The notes: a model not told the origin generated them from the letters alone. 64,000 nt of DNA from an uncultured cyanobacterium (GCA_963765575.1 CAVXWZ010000011.1:64001-128000); one strand, 5' to 3'. Shown: positions 43,872-55,499, numbered from the stretch's first letter. Program-made: numbers and translations.

Positions 43872-44641
43872 TGCAGTAGCCGGCATCCACGTAGATCACC
43901 TGGCCGGTGATGCCGGAGGCCAGGGGGCTGGCCAGGAAGGCGGCGGTGGCGCCGACTTCGTCTTGCGTGACGGTGCGCTTGAGCGGGGCCTTCTCCTCCA
44001 CGTTGTGGATCATCTCGAGGATGCCGCCGATGGCGGAGCTGGCCAGGGTGCGGATCGGCCCGGCGCTGATGGCGTTCACCCGCACCTGCTGCTCGGGGCC
44101 GAGCTCGGCGGCCAGGTAGCGCACCGAGGCCTCCAGGGCCGCCTTGGCCACCCCCATCACGTTGTAGTTGGGGATGGCGCGCTCGGAGCCCAGGTAGCTG
44201 AGGGTGATCACGCTGGCCCCCTGGGCTGAACAGGGGCTTGGCGTGGCGGCAGAGGGGGGCCAGGGAGTAGGCGCTCACCTCCAGGGCCCGGGCGAAGCCC
44301 TCGGGGCTGATGGCGGAGTAGTCGCCGATCAGCTCCTCCTTGCCGGCGAAGGCCAGGCAGTGGATCAGCACATCGATCTGCCCCCACTGGGCCTTCACCT
44401 GCTCGAACACCGCTTCGATCTGGGCGGGGTCCTGCACGTTCAGGGGCTCGAACAGGGTGGGGTTCAGCGGCGCGGTGAGCTCCCGCACCTTGGCCTCGAA
44501 GCGGCCCTTTTCATCGGGCAGGTAGGTGACCCCCAGCTCACAGCCGGCGGCGGCGAGCTGCTGGGCGATGCCCCAGGCGATCGAGCGGTTGTTGGCGATG
44601 CCGGTGACGAGGGCCTTCTTGCCGCGCAGATCGAGGAGCAT
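43858..44641 (-). CDS. fabI: Enoyl-ACP reductase, frameshifted near 44220
   Basis: [18 protein letters not shown] / [25 protein letters not shown]. Confidence 0.93.
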
Positions 44642-45468
44642 GGAGGGGGTTTGCAGAAATTGGGCTCCGAACCGGTGGCCTGAGGCAAAGCCCAGCGGCC
44701 ACCGGTGCGTTCGGGCGATTCTCTCCCAGTGGATGGCTCTGTCGAGCTGAAGGGCGAGACGGATCGATCGCCTGGGGGATTGACGGCGAAGCCGGATGGC
44801 CGTGTTGGGCGGCAGTGCGCTGGTGGCGAGCAGCTACCCGCCTTGTGCCCGCCTTGGTGTTCCTCTTGGTCGTCGGTGTCGGCTTCCTGACGACATGGCG
44901 CCGGCGGTCTCAGCGCTGCGATTCGATCGTTGTCGTTGGCAATGACCCCTTCAACTTGAGCGGTGGCGGTAAGAACGGCCATGTGAATCCATTCAGGCTG
45001 GATGCCAGTTCGACATCCGATCGGCAATGTCCCTTGCGGCAGCTTGGACAGCTTGAGCCGATGCCGAGCCATGCCTTTAGAAAGCAGCGGCGAGGACGAT
45101 GCTGTGCGAAGAGCTTGATGGGACCTGCGAATGTCCAGTCATGATTGGATGGAGTTTTCTTTCGGGCTGATGGCATCGATGGTTCAGCCCCTACGGCTTG
45201 GGCCTTGGCCGTGGCACGGTTCTCTCAGAGACTGGGCTGCCAAGCACTCTGGAGATCGCGCCAGGTTGTTGATCCGCCATTGCTGGTTGTTCTTGCTCCA
45301 TTGGCAGGGTGGGCTCGTTCTCCCGTGATGAGTGCTCCTCGCCATCGACTTCCGCCTGGTTTTATCCTTAAAGGTGCTGATGCCGCCTGACGCTTGAACC
45401 GAAGCAACTGAAGTAATTGAACTGAAAAAGTCAAGTGGAAGTAACTGGTCTGAAGTCGTCGAGCTGCA

Positions 45469-46152
45469 GTGATTGAAAAGCGCGATCTCACTCCCACCCC
45501 ATGGCATCTGGCCATCTCCGCGCCGGATCTCCTGGCGTCCCTTGACTGGACCGCCCAGAGTGATAGTCACCTGCTCCTGTGCGTGGATCGGCGCGATGGC
45601 CTCGATCCAGCACGGCGTGCTGACTTGAGCGGCAGCCTTTCGGCAACGGAGCAGCGGCGCCACGACGGCTATCACCGCCGCGACGACCGGGACCGTTTTC
45701 TGCTCGGCCGTGGCCTGATGCGCCGGTTGTTGGCGTTCTGGATGCAGCAGCCGCCCCAGACCATCACCATCGCGCTGGGCCCCCATGGCAAGCCCCATTG
45801 CCCCGGCGGCCCGCAGTTCAACGTCAGCCACTCTGGTGATCTGATCCTGCTGGCCGTGCACCGCTGCCGGCCCGTGGGGGTGGATGTGGAGCAGGAGCGG
45901 CCCGGTATCGACTGGGAACCCATCGCCCGCCGGGTGTTGAGCAGCGCCGAGGTTGAGGGCCTGCTGAGCCGCCCCGAGCCAGAGCGGCAAGCTGCCTTCC
46001 TGCAGGCCTGGTGTCGGCTGGAGGCCGAGCTCAAGGCCGGTGGCTGGGGCCTGGCGGCGCCACCGCGGCCGGGTGCGCGCGAGCGGATCTGCCATTGGTC
46101 ACTCTCCCTGAGACCTGGCTATGTCGGCGCCTTGGCGTTGGTGCAGCCCTAG
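45469..46152 (+). CDS. Sfp-type 4'-phosphopantetheinyl transferase
   Basis: GPHGKP, FNVSHSG, VGVDVE, WCRLEAELKA. Confidence 0.9.
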   Translation: MIEKRDLTPTPWHLAISAPDLLASLDWTAQSDSHLLLCVDRRDGLDPARRADLSGSLSATEQRRHDGYHRRDDRDRFLLGRGLMRRLLAFWMQQPPQTITIALGPHGKPHCPGGPQFNVSHSGDLILLAVHRCRPVGVDVEQERPGIDWEPIARRVLSSAEVEGLLSRPEPERQAAFLQAWCRLEAELKAGGWGLAAPPRPGARERICHWSLSLRPGYVGALALVQP

Positions 46153-46201
46153 TGGCCGCCAACGGGATCGAGCTGCAGCGGCCCTCGCCAGTCTGTGCTT
46201 G

Positions 46202-47524
46202 ATGAACCCATCCCATCGGCGCCCCGTGGCCCAACCCGACTCCGATCTGCCCCGGCCGATCCGTGGTGGCCCAGCGGCCGCCAGGGCGCGGCTGGCCCAG
46301 CTCGACCCCCTCGCCTACGGCCGCAGCCGCAACCACCTCGATGGCGCCGTCACCGGCCTCTCGCCCTATCTCCGCCATGGCGTGCTCACCCTGGCGGAGG
46401 TGCGCGATGCCGTGTTCGCTTGGCTGCGCGACCGTGGCTATGCAAGCCCCGAGCGCCGGGACGAGGGGCGCCGCGTGGCCAGCAAGCTGATCAGCGAGCT
46501 GGGCTGGCGGGATTACTGGCAGCGGCTCTGGCTCCTGCTCGGTGATGGCATCTGGCACAACCTCGAGCCCCTCAAGACCGGCCATGCCGCCTCGGCCTAC
46601 GCCCCCGATCTGCCGGCCGACCTGGCCGCGGCCAGCACCGGCCTGCGCTGCATCGATGCCTTTGCCGCCGAGCTGATGGCCACGGGTTGGCTGCACAACC
46701 ACGCCCGCATGTGGCTCGCCAGCTACCTGGTGCACTGGCGCCGGGTGCAGTGGCAAGCGGGGGCGCGCTGGTTCCTGCAGCACCTGCTCGACGGCGATCC
46801 GGCCAGCAACAACCTCAGCTGGCAGTGGGTGGCCAGCAGTTTCAGCAGCAAGCCCTACATCTTCAATCGCGACAACCTCGAACGCTTCAGTGGCGGGCGG
46901 TACTGCCGCGTCTGTCCCCGCGCCGGGCGCGATTGCCCCTTCGAGGCCAGCTACGAGCAGCTCCAGGCGCACCTGTTTCCCCAAGCCGGCGATGAGGGCA
47001 TGCCCCCGGGGGGGCCACCATCGTTCCTGTCGGCTGCCCTGTCCCCGGCCCCGCCGCCCCTCGGCCCGGCCCCACCGCTGCAGCGGCCGGTGGTGTGGAT
47101 CCATGACGGCGCCCTGGGCCCGGCGAACCCTGCCTTGCGTGCCCACCCGGATGCCCGGGCCCTGTTCGTGTTCGACCAGGCCCTGATCGCTGGCGAGGTC
47201 CCGCCGGCTCCGGGTTTCAGCGGCAAGCGGCTGGGCTTCCTGGAGGACTGCCTGCAGGAGCTGCCCGTCACCGCCGCCAGCGGAGATGGGGCTGCCGCGG
47301 TCCTTGCGTTCGCGGCCCGCCACGGCGCCGATGGGGTTGTGACCAGTGCCGGTGTAGCGCCCCGCTTCTGGCAGATCGCCACCTCGATTGCCGCCCAGCT
47401 GCCACTGCGGGTGCTGCCGGCCGACCCCTTCGTGACCCTCGACATCCCCCCGGCCGAGCTGCGCCGTTTCTCGCGTTACTGGCGCCGGGCCGAGCCATTG
47501 GTCTGGTCGGGGTTCAGCAGCTGA
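46202..47524 (+). CDS. Photolyase/cryptochrome FAD-binding domain protein
   Basis: YGRSRNHLDGAVTGLSPYLRHG, GWLHNHARMWLAS, LLDGDPASNNLSWQWVA. Confidence 0.85.
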   Translation: MNPSHRRPVAQPDSDLPRPIRGGPAAARARLAQLDPLAYGRSRNHLDGAVTGLSPYLRHGVLTLAEVRDAVFAWLRDRGYASPERRDEGRRVASKLISELGWRDYWQRLWLLLGDGIWHNLEPLKTGHAASAYAPDLPADLAAASTGLRCIDAFAAELMATGWLHNHARMWLASYLVHWRRVQWQAGARWFLQHLLDGDPASNNLSWQWVASSFSSKPYIFNRDNLERFSGGRYCRVCPRAGRDCPFEASYEQLQAHLFPQAGDEGMPPGGPPSFLSAALSPAPPPLGPAPPLQRPVVWIHDGALGPANPALRAHPDARALFVFDQALIAGEVPPAPGFSGKRLGFLEDCLQELPVTAASGDGAAAVLAFAARHGADGVVTSAGVAPRFWQIATSIAAQLPLRVLPADPFVTLDIPPAELRRFSRYWRRAEPLVWSGFSS

Positions 47525-47598
47525 TCCTCCTGTTCCTGCACGACCTCGGGATCGCTGAGCAGGTCCTCCTCCTGCAGCAGCGGGCAAGGTCTCGGCTC

Positions 47599-48033
47599 TC
47601 ACCTCGCTGGCCTTGCGGGGTGGCTCCAGCCAGCGGAAGCTGCGGCGGGGATCGCGGCTGCGGCAGAGGGCCTCGCTCTCGCGCCGCAGGGCGCTGCGCA
47701 CCGGTTGGCGCGGCCATCGCTGCGAAGAACTCCTCGCGGCTGGCCAGGCCTGAGCTGAACGGTGCCGTGCCGTTGCCGTTGAACAGCCGCGCCGCGTCCG
47801 GGCTCCAGCGCGGCGTGCAGACGCCGCTCTGGCTGGTGTCGGTGTCGATCCAGATGTGCAGGCCGAAGCCGTCGGGCTGGTTCACCACCGCCAGACCGTC
47901 GTGGGGCGCTGCGGCGCTGCAGTGGATAGATGGCCCAGGTGGGATGGCGATGGGCCGGCACGCAGCCGGCGGCCAGCAGCGCGGCTGGCGCCAACGCCAG
48001 CCAGGGCCCCGGCGGAGCCGCCGGGCGCGACAT
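47599..48033 (-). CDS. Conserved hypothetical lipoprotein (frameshifted)
   Basis: LLAAGC lipobox; VNQPDGFGLHIWIDTD and CTPRW in a second frame. Confidence 0.55.
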   Translation of the reverse strand: MSRPAAPPGPWLALAPAALLAAGCVPAHRHPTWAIYPLQRRSAPRRSGGGEPARRLRPAHLDRHRHQPERRLHAALEPGRGAAVQRQRHGTVQLRPGQPRGVLRSDGRANRCAAPCGARARPSAAAAIPAAASAGWSHPARPAR

Positions 48034-48072
48034 CCCTAATTTGGCGGCTGGCATTGCTTGCGGAACGGCCCC

Positions 48073-48712
48073 ATGGCGCTGACGCCCTCCACCATGCTTC
48101 CCCTGGGAACGGCGCTGCCGTTCACCACGATCGCTGCGGAGCTGGCGGCGGGCCATGCCCGCCAGGTGAGCGGTGAGCCACTGCAGACTCGAGAGGCCGG
48201 GGTCTGGGCCCCTGCTGGTGTTGTTTCTCTGCGCCCACTGTCCGTTCGTGAAGCACGTGGAGCCGGAGATCACCCGCCTGCAGGCCGATTTTGCCACCCC
48301 CGCCGCCCGCGGTTCCGGCGCCGCCCCTGACCCTGCTGGCGATCTCCAGCAACAGCACCATCACCCACCCCCAGGACGGCCCCGAGGGCCTGCGACGCCC
48401 AGGCCGAGCGCGCAAGGCTGGCGGTTCCCCTACCTGTTCGATGCGCGCCAGCAGCTGGCGCGATCCTTCCGGGCCGCCTGCACCCCCGATCCCTTCCTGT
48501 TCGCCCCCGCCGCCGATGGTGAGCTGCGTCTGGCGTACCGGGGCCAGTTGGATGCCAGCCGCCCCGGCAACGGCGAGCCCCTCGATGGCCGTGACATCCG
48601 CGCCGCCATTGAGGCGGTGCTCGCCGGGGAGCCGCTGGCGGCCGAGCAGCGGCCGGCGATCGGCTGCAACATCAAGTGGCATCCAGGTGAGGAACCGGAA
48701 TGGGCCCGCTGA
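48073..48712 (+). CDS. Thioredoxin/AhpC-TSA family protein (frameshifted)
   Basis: MALTPSTMLPLG, FLCAHCPFVKH, AISSN, AACTPD, YRGQLDASRP, IGCNIKW. Confidence 0.85.
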
Positions 48713-48745
48713 CCGCCATCGACCAGGCCCTTTAATGTCACTCGC

Positions 48746-49934
48746 ATGACTGTGCCTCCCTTCAGCCTGGGCGAGCAGATCCAGGAGCTCGGTGAAGCCC
48801 TCGATCAGGCCGTGCTGGAGGTGCTGCGCAGCGGTCAGTACATCGGCGGGGCGGTGACGGCCGGTTTCGAGCGCGACTTCGCCGCCGCCTGCGGCGTGCC
48901 TCACGCGGTGGGCTGCAACAGCGGCACCGATGCCCTGGTGCTGGCCCTGCGCGGGCCTGGGGATCGGCCCCGGTGATGAGGTGATCACCGCCTCCTTCAG
49001 TTTCTTCGCCACCGCCGAGGCGATCAGCGCCGTGGGCGCCACGCCGGTGTTCGTGGATGTGCTGGAGAACAGCTATCTGATCGATCTCGACCAGCTCGAG
49101 GCGGCGATCACCCCCGCCACCCGCGCCCTGCTGCCGGTGCACCTCTTCGGCCGGCCGGTGGACATGGAGCGCGTGTGCGCCCTCGCCGCGCGCCATGGCC
49201 TGAAGGTGGTGGAAGACTGCGCCCAGGCCACCGGCGCCAGCTGGGCGGGCCGGCCGGTGGGCAGTTGGGGCGATGCCGGTTGTTTCAGCTTCTTTCCCAC
49301 CAAAAACCTCGGCGGCGCCGGCGATGGCGGTGCTGTGACCTGCCGCGATCCGGAGCTGGCCCAGCGGGTGCGGGAGCTGGCGGTGCACGGCATGCCGCGC
49401 CGTTATCTGCACACGGCCCTCGGCTACAACAGCCGCCTCGACGCCCTGCAGGCGGCCGTGCTCAGCGTCAAGCTGCCCCACCTGGAGCGCTGGCTGGAGG
49501 CCCGCCGCCAGCTGGCGGCGGGCTATGGCCTGCGGCTTGCCGGCCTGCCCGGCATCGCCCTGCCTGAGCCCGGTCCGGCCGGGCACAGCTGGAACCAGTT
49601 CGTGCTGCGGGTCACGCCCTGTGCCTCCCAGCGCCGCTGCGACGGCCCAGCGGCCTCCGCCTGCCCGGGAAGCACGCCGCGCTGCCGGGACTGGCTCAAG
49701 CAGCAGCTGCAGGACGCCGGCGTCAACACGATCATCTACTACCCGATCCCGATCCACCGCCAGCCCGCCTACGCCGACCTCGGCTATGGCCCCGGCTCGC
49801 TGCCGGTCACCGAGCGCCTTTGCGACGAGGTGCTCAGCCTGCCGATCTTCCCGGAGCTGGGGGAGGCGCGCCAGCAGCAGGTGATCGAGGGGCTGCTCGG
49901 CCTGGTGGAAGCCCAGCAGGCCCTGGCGGCCTGA
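48746..49934 (+). CDS. DegT/DnrJ/EryC1/StrS aminotransferase (frameshift ~48950)
   Basis: CNSGTDAL, PVHLFG, EDCAQATG, SFFPTKNLG, GYNSRLDALQAA. Confidence 0.92.
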
Positions 49935-49977
49935 TTCCCATCCCCCAGATTCTCTTGCCCCTGATGGCCGCGAATCT

Positions 49978-51528
49978 CTAGCCCCTGATGGCGGCATAGA
50001 GGGCCTTGAAGCGGGCCTGCTGCTCCCGGTGGTTCACCAGGGGGGCCGGATACCCGCGCCGTTCCAGGGGGGGGATCGTGCCGCTGATCAGGTCGGCGGT
50101 GGCCACGTGCCGCAGCTCCGGCAGCCAGGTGCGGATGTAGCGGGCCTCGGTGTCGTAGCGGGCTGCCTGGGTGGCCGGGTTGAAGATGCGCAGCGGTTTG
50201 GGGTCCATGCCGCTGCTGGCGCTCCACTGCCAGCCGCCGTTGTTGGCTGCCAGATCGCCGTCCACCAGCTGGGCCATGAAGGCGGCTTCGCCCCAGCGCC
50301 AGTCGCAGATCAGGTCCTTGACCAGGAAGGAGGCCACGATCATGCGGCAGCGGTTGTGCATCCAGCCGCTCTGGTTGAGCTGGCGCATGGCGGCATCGAC
50401 GATCGGCATGCCCGTGAGCCCCTGGCGCCAGGCCTCAAACCAGGCCGGATCGTTCTGCCAGGGAAAGGCGCGCCACTGGGGCCGGTAAGGCCCCTCGGCC
50501 AGTTCGGGACAGTGGAACAGCGCCTGCTGGTAGAACTCGCGCCAGGCCAGCTCCTGCTCCCACACCTCGATCGCCGCCAGCGACTCCTCGGCTCCGCCCA
50601 GGGCGGCCACCGTGGCGCGGGCCCGCTGGGCGGCCGCCCAGGCCTGCCGTGGGCTGAGGGTGCCGAACTTGAGCGCGGCGCTCAGCCCCGAGGTGCCCGC
50701 CTCCCCCGGCAGGTTGCGTCCCTCGCCATAGCCCAGCAGGGGGGCGTTGCGGCCGCCGCCGCTGCCCCCGCAGAAGGCGGCCAGTTGCGCCTGCGCCGCG
50801 GCCTCGCCGGGCCGGCAGGGGCAGAGCTCCACGCCGCTGAAGCCATGGTCCAGCCAGGCCGGCGGCGCTGGTTTCGCCCCGGCCCCCAGCTCCGGCTCAG
50901 CGCTCAGGATCGGCAGGCCCGCCAGAGCGGCGGGATCGCAGTCGATCAGGGAGTGCGGGGCCGGCAGTGGATCGAGGCCGCCCGAGGCAGCCGATCCCAG
51001 CGCGGCCATCGCCTCCAGCCGCCGGCGCCAGCTCCGCCAATAGGGGCCGTAGACCCGGTAGGGCGCGCCGGCGCCGGTGCGCAGCGCCTCCGGTTCCACC
51101 AGCAGCTGGTCCCAGTCCGCCAGCACCCGGTGCCCCTCGGCCTGCAGCGCCCGGGCCACGCCGCGGTCGCGCTCCCGCCCATAGGGCTCCACGTCGCGGT
51201 TCCAGGCCACCACCTCGGCGCCGAGGGAGCGGGCGATCTGCGGCAGCAGCTGCAGCGGATCGCCCCGCAGGATCAGCAGCCGGCTGCCGGCGCTGCGCCA
51301 GGCCCGCTGCAGCTCCTGCAGGCTCTCGCCCAGAAACCACAGCCGTGCCGGTGCCTGGGCGGCCAGGCCTCCCGGCACTGCCGCCGCCGGCTCGGCCTGC
51401 AGGATCCCCGGATCGAGCACGAACACGCCCGTGACCGCCGGGGTGCTGGCGGCAGCGGCCGCCAGACCGAGGTTGTCGGCCAGGCGCAGGTCACGGCGGT
51501 GCCAGAACAGCCAGCGGGGTGGGTTCAT
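49978..51528 (-). CDS. phrB: Deoxyribodipyrimidine photolyase (class I CPD type)
   Basis: WHRRDLRLADN, LAWREFY, GWMHNRCRM, DGDLAANNGGWQW, RIFNP. Confidence 0.9.
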   Translation of the reverse strand: MNPPRWLFWHRRDLRLADNLGLAAAAASTPAVTGVFVLDPGILQAEPAAAVPGGLAAQAPARLWFLGESLQELQRAWRSAGSRLLILRGDPLQLLPQIARSLGAEVVAWNRDVEPYGRERDRGVARALQAEGHRVLADWDQLLVEPEALRTGAGAPYRVYGPYWRSWRRRLEAMAALGSAASGGLDPLPAPHSLIDCDPAALAGLPILSAEPELGAGAKPAPPAWLDHGFSGVELCPCRPGEAAAQAQLAAFCGGSGGGRNAPLLGYGEGRNLPGEAGTSGLSAALKFGTLSPRQAWAAAQRARATVAALGGAEESLAAIEVWEQELAWREFYQQALFHCPELAEGPYRPQWRAFPWQNDPAWFEAWRQGLTGMPIVDAAMRQLNQSGWMHNRCRMIVASFLVKDLICDWRWGEAAFMAQLVDGDLAANNGGWQWSASSGMDPKPLRIFNPATQAARYDTEARYIRTWLPELRHVATADLISGTIPPLERRGYPAPLVNHREQQARFKALYAAIRG

Positions 51529-51548
51529 CGGTGCGCTGAAGGTGGAGA

Positions 51549-52109
51549 TCAGAGCCCGAGCACCTGCTTGGCCCGCAGCCAGGCGGTCACGCTCTTGCCG
51601 TCCAGGTGCTCATCGCCGCTGGCCAGGGCCGCGTCCAGCTGCTCCGGGGTCATCAGCAGCACCTCCAGGTCCTCGTCGTCGTCGCCGGCGGGCGGCTGGG
51701 CCAGGGGGGTGAGCTCGCGGGCCAGAAACAGGTGGATCACCTCGTCGGAATACCCCGGGCAGGGCAGCATCGTCCCCAGCGGATCCCAGCGTGCGGCGCT
51801 GTAGCCCGCCTCCTCCTGCAGCTCCCGCCGCATGGTGGCCAGGGGCGTCTCGCCGGGATCGAGGGTGCCGGCTGGAAACTCCAGCAAGCGGGCGGCCACC
51901 GCAAAGCGGTACTGGCGCAGGATCACCACGCGGCCGTCGGCCAGCAGCGGCACCGCCAGGGAGGCGCCGGGGTGGCGAATCACTCCGAAGTGCCCCTCCA
52001 CCCCCATCGGCAGCTGCACCCGGTTGACCTCGAAGCGGATCTTGCCCGCGTCCAGCACGGCGGTGGTTTCGAGATGGCGCGCGGGTTCGGGGGCGGGCAG
52101 GGGCGCCAT
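51549..52109 (-). CDS. NUDIX hydrolase (ADP-ribose pyrophosphatase type)
   Basis: RQYRF, EFPAGTLDPGE...RELQEEAG Nudix box; own ATG at 52109. Confidence 0.9.
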   Translation of the reverse strand: MAPLPAPEPARHLETTAVLDAGKIRFEVNRVQLPMGVEGHFGVIRHPGASLAVPLLADGRVVILRQYRFAVAARLLEFPAGTLDPGETPLATMRRELQEEAGYSAARWDPLGTMLPCPGYSDEVIHLFLARELTPLAQPPAGDDDEDLEVLLMTPEQLDAALASGDEHLDGKSVTAWLRAKQVLGL

Positions 52110-52179
52110 GGCGGTGGTGGGGCTGACACCAGCATCGTTGCTGATCAGGACCGTCCGCCAGCGGCCGTCCAGCACCGAC

Positions 52180-52751
52180 TCGGGCCAGCCGGCCTGGGGC
52201 GCCAGCCGCTGCGGCGGCGGACTGCCGTGATCAGGCGGCGCGGCCAACAGGTCGGCCAGCAGCTCGCTGACCCGGCGCCCCGCACCCGGTGGCACCAGCT
52301 CCGGCGCCAGGGCCGCCAGCGGCGCCAGCACGAAGGTCCGCCCCAAATACAGCGGATGGGGCAGCCAGAGGGCGGCGCTCTGCCGCTGGTGGGCGCCGCA
52401 CCAGAGCAGGTCGAGATCGAGGCTGCGCGGGCCCCAGGGCTGCAGCCGCTGGCGGCCGAACGCCGCCTCCAGGCTCTGCAGCGCCAACAGCAGCAGCAGC
52501 GGCTGCTGTGGGGGAGCGCCGCTGGCCAGCAGCACCGCATTGAGATAGGGCGGCTGGCCGGCTGGTCCCCCCACCGGCGCCGTGCGGAACAGGGGCGACC
52601 ACTGCAGCCGCAGCTCCGGCAGCGCGGCCTTGGCGGCCCAGCGCTGCAGCACCTGAGTCAGCAGCGGCCGCACAGCCGTGAGCGTGGCGAGCGGGTCGCC
52701 GAGGTTGGCCCCCAGGGCGATGGCCGTGGTGGCCTCAGGCGCCGCCGCCAC
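52180..52751 (-). CDS. folK: 2-amino-4-hydroxy-6-hydroxymethyldihydropteridine diphosphokinase
   Basis: IALGANLGD, QPPYLNAV, WGPRSLDLDLL, LPHP; reads through in frame into NUDIX. Confidence 0.9.
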
Positions 52752-53261
52752 TCAGGGCTCGCCGAGGAAATCGCGCTTGCCGAGCACCACGCCGTTGTGG
52801 CGCAGGATCGCGTAGGCGGTGGTGGTGTGGAAGTAGACGTTGGGCAGCACGAAGCCGCTGAGGAAAGGCCACCCCACCATCGTGATCGTCTGGTCCCGGC
52901 CCACCGGCACGCTCACCTCCCGCGCAGCGCTTCCCTCCAGTTGCTCGGCCGTGTAGCCGCCCAGCTCGGCGCTCGCCGCCTGCAGGCGCTCGATCAACTC
53001 GGAAAAGCTGGTTTCGTCATCGGCCACGGCGGCGGCCTCCCGCCCCGCCAGCCGGGCCACGCCGCGGCGGGCGATGTCGGCGGCGATCTGCACCTGCCGG
53101 GTCAGGGGGAACATGTCCGGGTAGAGGCGGCTGGCCAGCAGCACGGCCGGATCGATGCCGCCAGCTTCGGCGTGGGCCTGCCCCTTGGCCAGCACCGCCG
53201 CCAGGTTGGTGAGCGTGCGCTGCAGGGGGGGCACGGCGGCCGCGTGCATGGAGAGGGACAT
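52752..53261 (-). CDS. DUF1993 family protein
   Basis: [40 protein letters not shown]. Confidence 0.9.
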   Translation of the reverse strand: MSLSMHAAAVPPLQRTLTNLAAVLAKGQAHAEAGGIDPAVLLASRLYPDMFPLTRQVQIAADIARRGVARLAGREAAAVADDETSFSELIERLQAASAELGGYTAEQLEGSAAREVSVPVGRDQTITMVGWPFLSGFVLPNVYFHTTTAYAILRHNGVVLGKRDFLGEP

Positions 53262-53368
53262 GGGCGGAGCCGGCGGCGCAGCGGTGGGCCGAGGCTAGGG
53301 GCCAGGCTTGCGGAGCTTCCGCATCGGCCAGACTGCCCCCCTCACCCGTTCTCCCCGCCACCGGCTCC

Positions 53369-55499
53369 ATGGTTGTCAGCGGCTCAGCAGCGTCCCCGGC
53401 CCAGGCTGGCCAGGCCGCGGCCCGCTCCTTTCCGCTGGCGGCGATCACCGGCCACGGCACCCTCAAGCTGGCCCTGCTGCTGGCGGCCGTGGACCCCGGC
53501 CTTGGCGGCGTGGTGATCGCCGGCGGCCGCGGCACCGGCAAGTCGGTGCTGGCCCGGGGCCTGCACGCCCTGCTGCCGCCCATCGACGTGCTCGATCTGG
53601 GCGGCGCGGCGGTGCAGGCCCTCAACGTGGATCCCCAGCGCCCCGACGACTGGAACGAGGCCGTGCGCGAGCGGCTGCAGCAGCTGGGCGCCGACCCCAG
53701 TGGCCGCGACACCCAGGCCCTGCTGCCCACCCGCGTGATCCCCGCCCCCTTCGTGCAGGTGCCGCTGGGCGTCACCGAAGACCGGCTGCTGGGCTCGGTG
53801 GATGTGGCCGCCTCCCTGGCCAGCGGCCAGGCGGTGTTCCAGCCGGGGCTGCTGGCCGAGGCCCACCGTGGCGTGGTGTACGTGGATGAGCTCAACCTGC
53901 TCGACGACGGCGTCACCAACCTGCTGCTGGCGGCGGTGGGCAGCGGCGAGAACCGCATCGAGCGCGAGGGCCTCAGCCTCGGCCCACCCCTGCCGCTGCC
54001 TGCTGATCGCCACCTTCAACCCCGAGGAGGGGGCGGTGCGCGACCACCTGCTCGATCGCTTCGCCATCTGCCTCAGTGCCAACCAGGCACTGGAGCTGGA
54101 GCAGCGGGTGGCCATCACCCGCTCCGCCCTCGACCATGCCGAGTCGGGCCAGGACTTCCGGGGCCGCTGGCAGGAGGAGACCGACGCCCTCGCCACCCAG
54201 CTGCTGCTGGCCCGCCAGTGGCTGCCCGATGTGCAGATCAGCCGCGAGCAGATCGCCTACCTGGTGACCGAGGCCCTGCGCGGCGGTGTGGAGGGCCACC
54301 GCTCCGAGCTCTACGCCGTGCGCGTGGCCCGCGCCCATGCCGCCCTCAGCGGCCGCGATCGCGTCGAGGCCGACGACCTGCAGGTGGCCGTGCGGCTGGT
54401 GATCGCCCCGCGGGCCCTGCCAGCTGCCGCCGCCCGATCCCGACCAGCCCCTGGAGCCGCCGCCGCCACCGCCGCCCCAGGGCGAGCAGCCGCCGGAGCA
54501 GCCGCCCGAACCCGACCAGAGCGAGCCGGAGCCCGAGGAGCGGACAGCGACCCCGAGCAGCCCGACCAGGAGGACGACACCCCGGAGGACCAGGCGCCCC
54601 CCTCGGTGCCGGAGGAGTTCATGCTCGATCCGGAGGCCGTGGCGATCGATCCTGAGCTGCTGCTGTTCGGGGCCGCCAAGGCCAAGAGCGGCGGCAGCGG
54701 CAGCCGGGCCGTGGTGTTCAGCGACTCCCGCGGCCGCTACGTCAAGCCGATGCTGCCCCGCGGCCCGGTGAAGCGCATCGCCGTCGACGCCACCCTGCGC
54801 GCCGCCGCCCCGTACCAGAAGAGCCGCCGCGAGCGCCAGCCCCACCGCAAGGTGGTGGTGGAGGACGGCGACCTGCGGGCCAAGCAGCTGCAGCGCAAGG
54901 CCGGTGCCCTGGTGATCTTCCTGGTGGATGCCAGCGGTTCGATGGCCCTCAACCGCATGCAGAGCGCCAAGGGTGCCGTGATCCGCCTGCTCACCGAGGC
55001 CTATGAAAACCGCGACGAAGTCGCCCTGATCCCCTTCCGCGGCGAGCAGGCCGAGGTGCTGCTGCCGCCCACCCGCTCGATCACCGCCGCCCGCCGGCGG
55101 CTGGAAGCGATGGCCTGCGGCGGCGGCTCACCCCTGGCCCACGGCCTCTCCCAGGCGGCGCGGGTGGGGGCCAACGCCCTGGCCACGGGCGACCTGGGCC
55201 AGGTGGTGGTGGTGGCGATCACCGATGGCCGCGGCAACGTGCCCCTGGGCCGCTCCCTGGGGCAGCCGGAGCTGGAGGGGGAGCAGCCGGTGGACCTCAA
55301 GGAGGAGGTGAAGCAGGTGGCCAGCCGCTACCGCGCCCTCGGCCTCAAGCTGCTGGTGATCGACACCGAGCGCAAGTTCATCGGCAGCGGCATGGGCAAG
55401 GAGCTGGCCGAGGCGGCCGGCGGCAAGTACGTGCAGCTGCCCAAGGCCAGCGATCAGGCCATCGCCGCCATCGCCATGGAGGCGATCAACGCGGTGTAA
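53369..55499 (+). CDS. chlD: Magnesium chelatase subunit D (several frameshifts)
   Basis: [23 protein letters not shown], Pro/acidic linker, v[13 protein letters not shown]. Confidence 0.93.

Noticed and set aside
43858..55499. Programmed frameshifting or pseudogenisation of fabI and chlD
   Set aside because: Too many unrelated genes are affected; assembly error is more parsimonious
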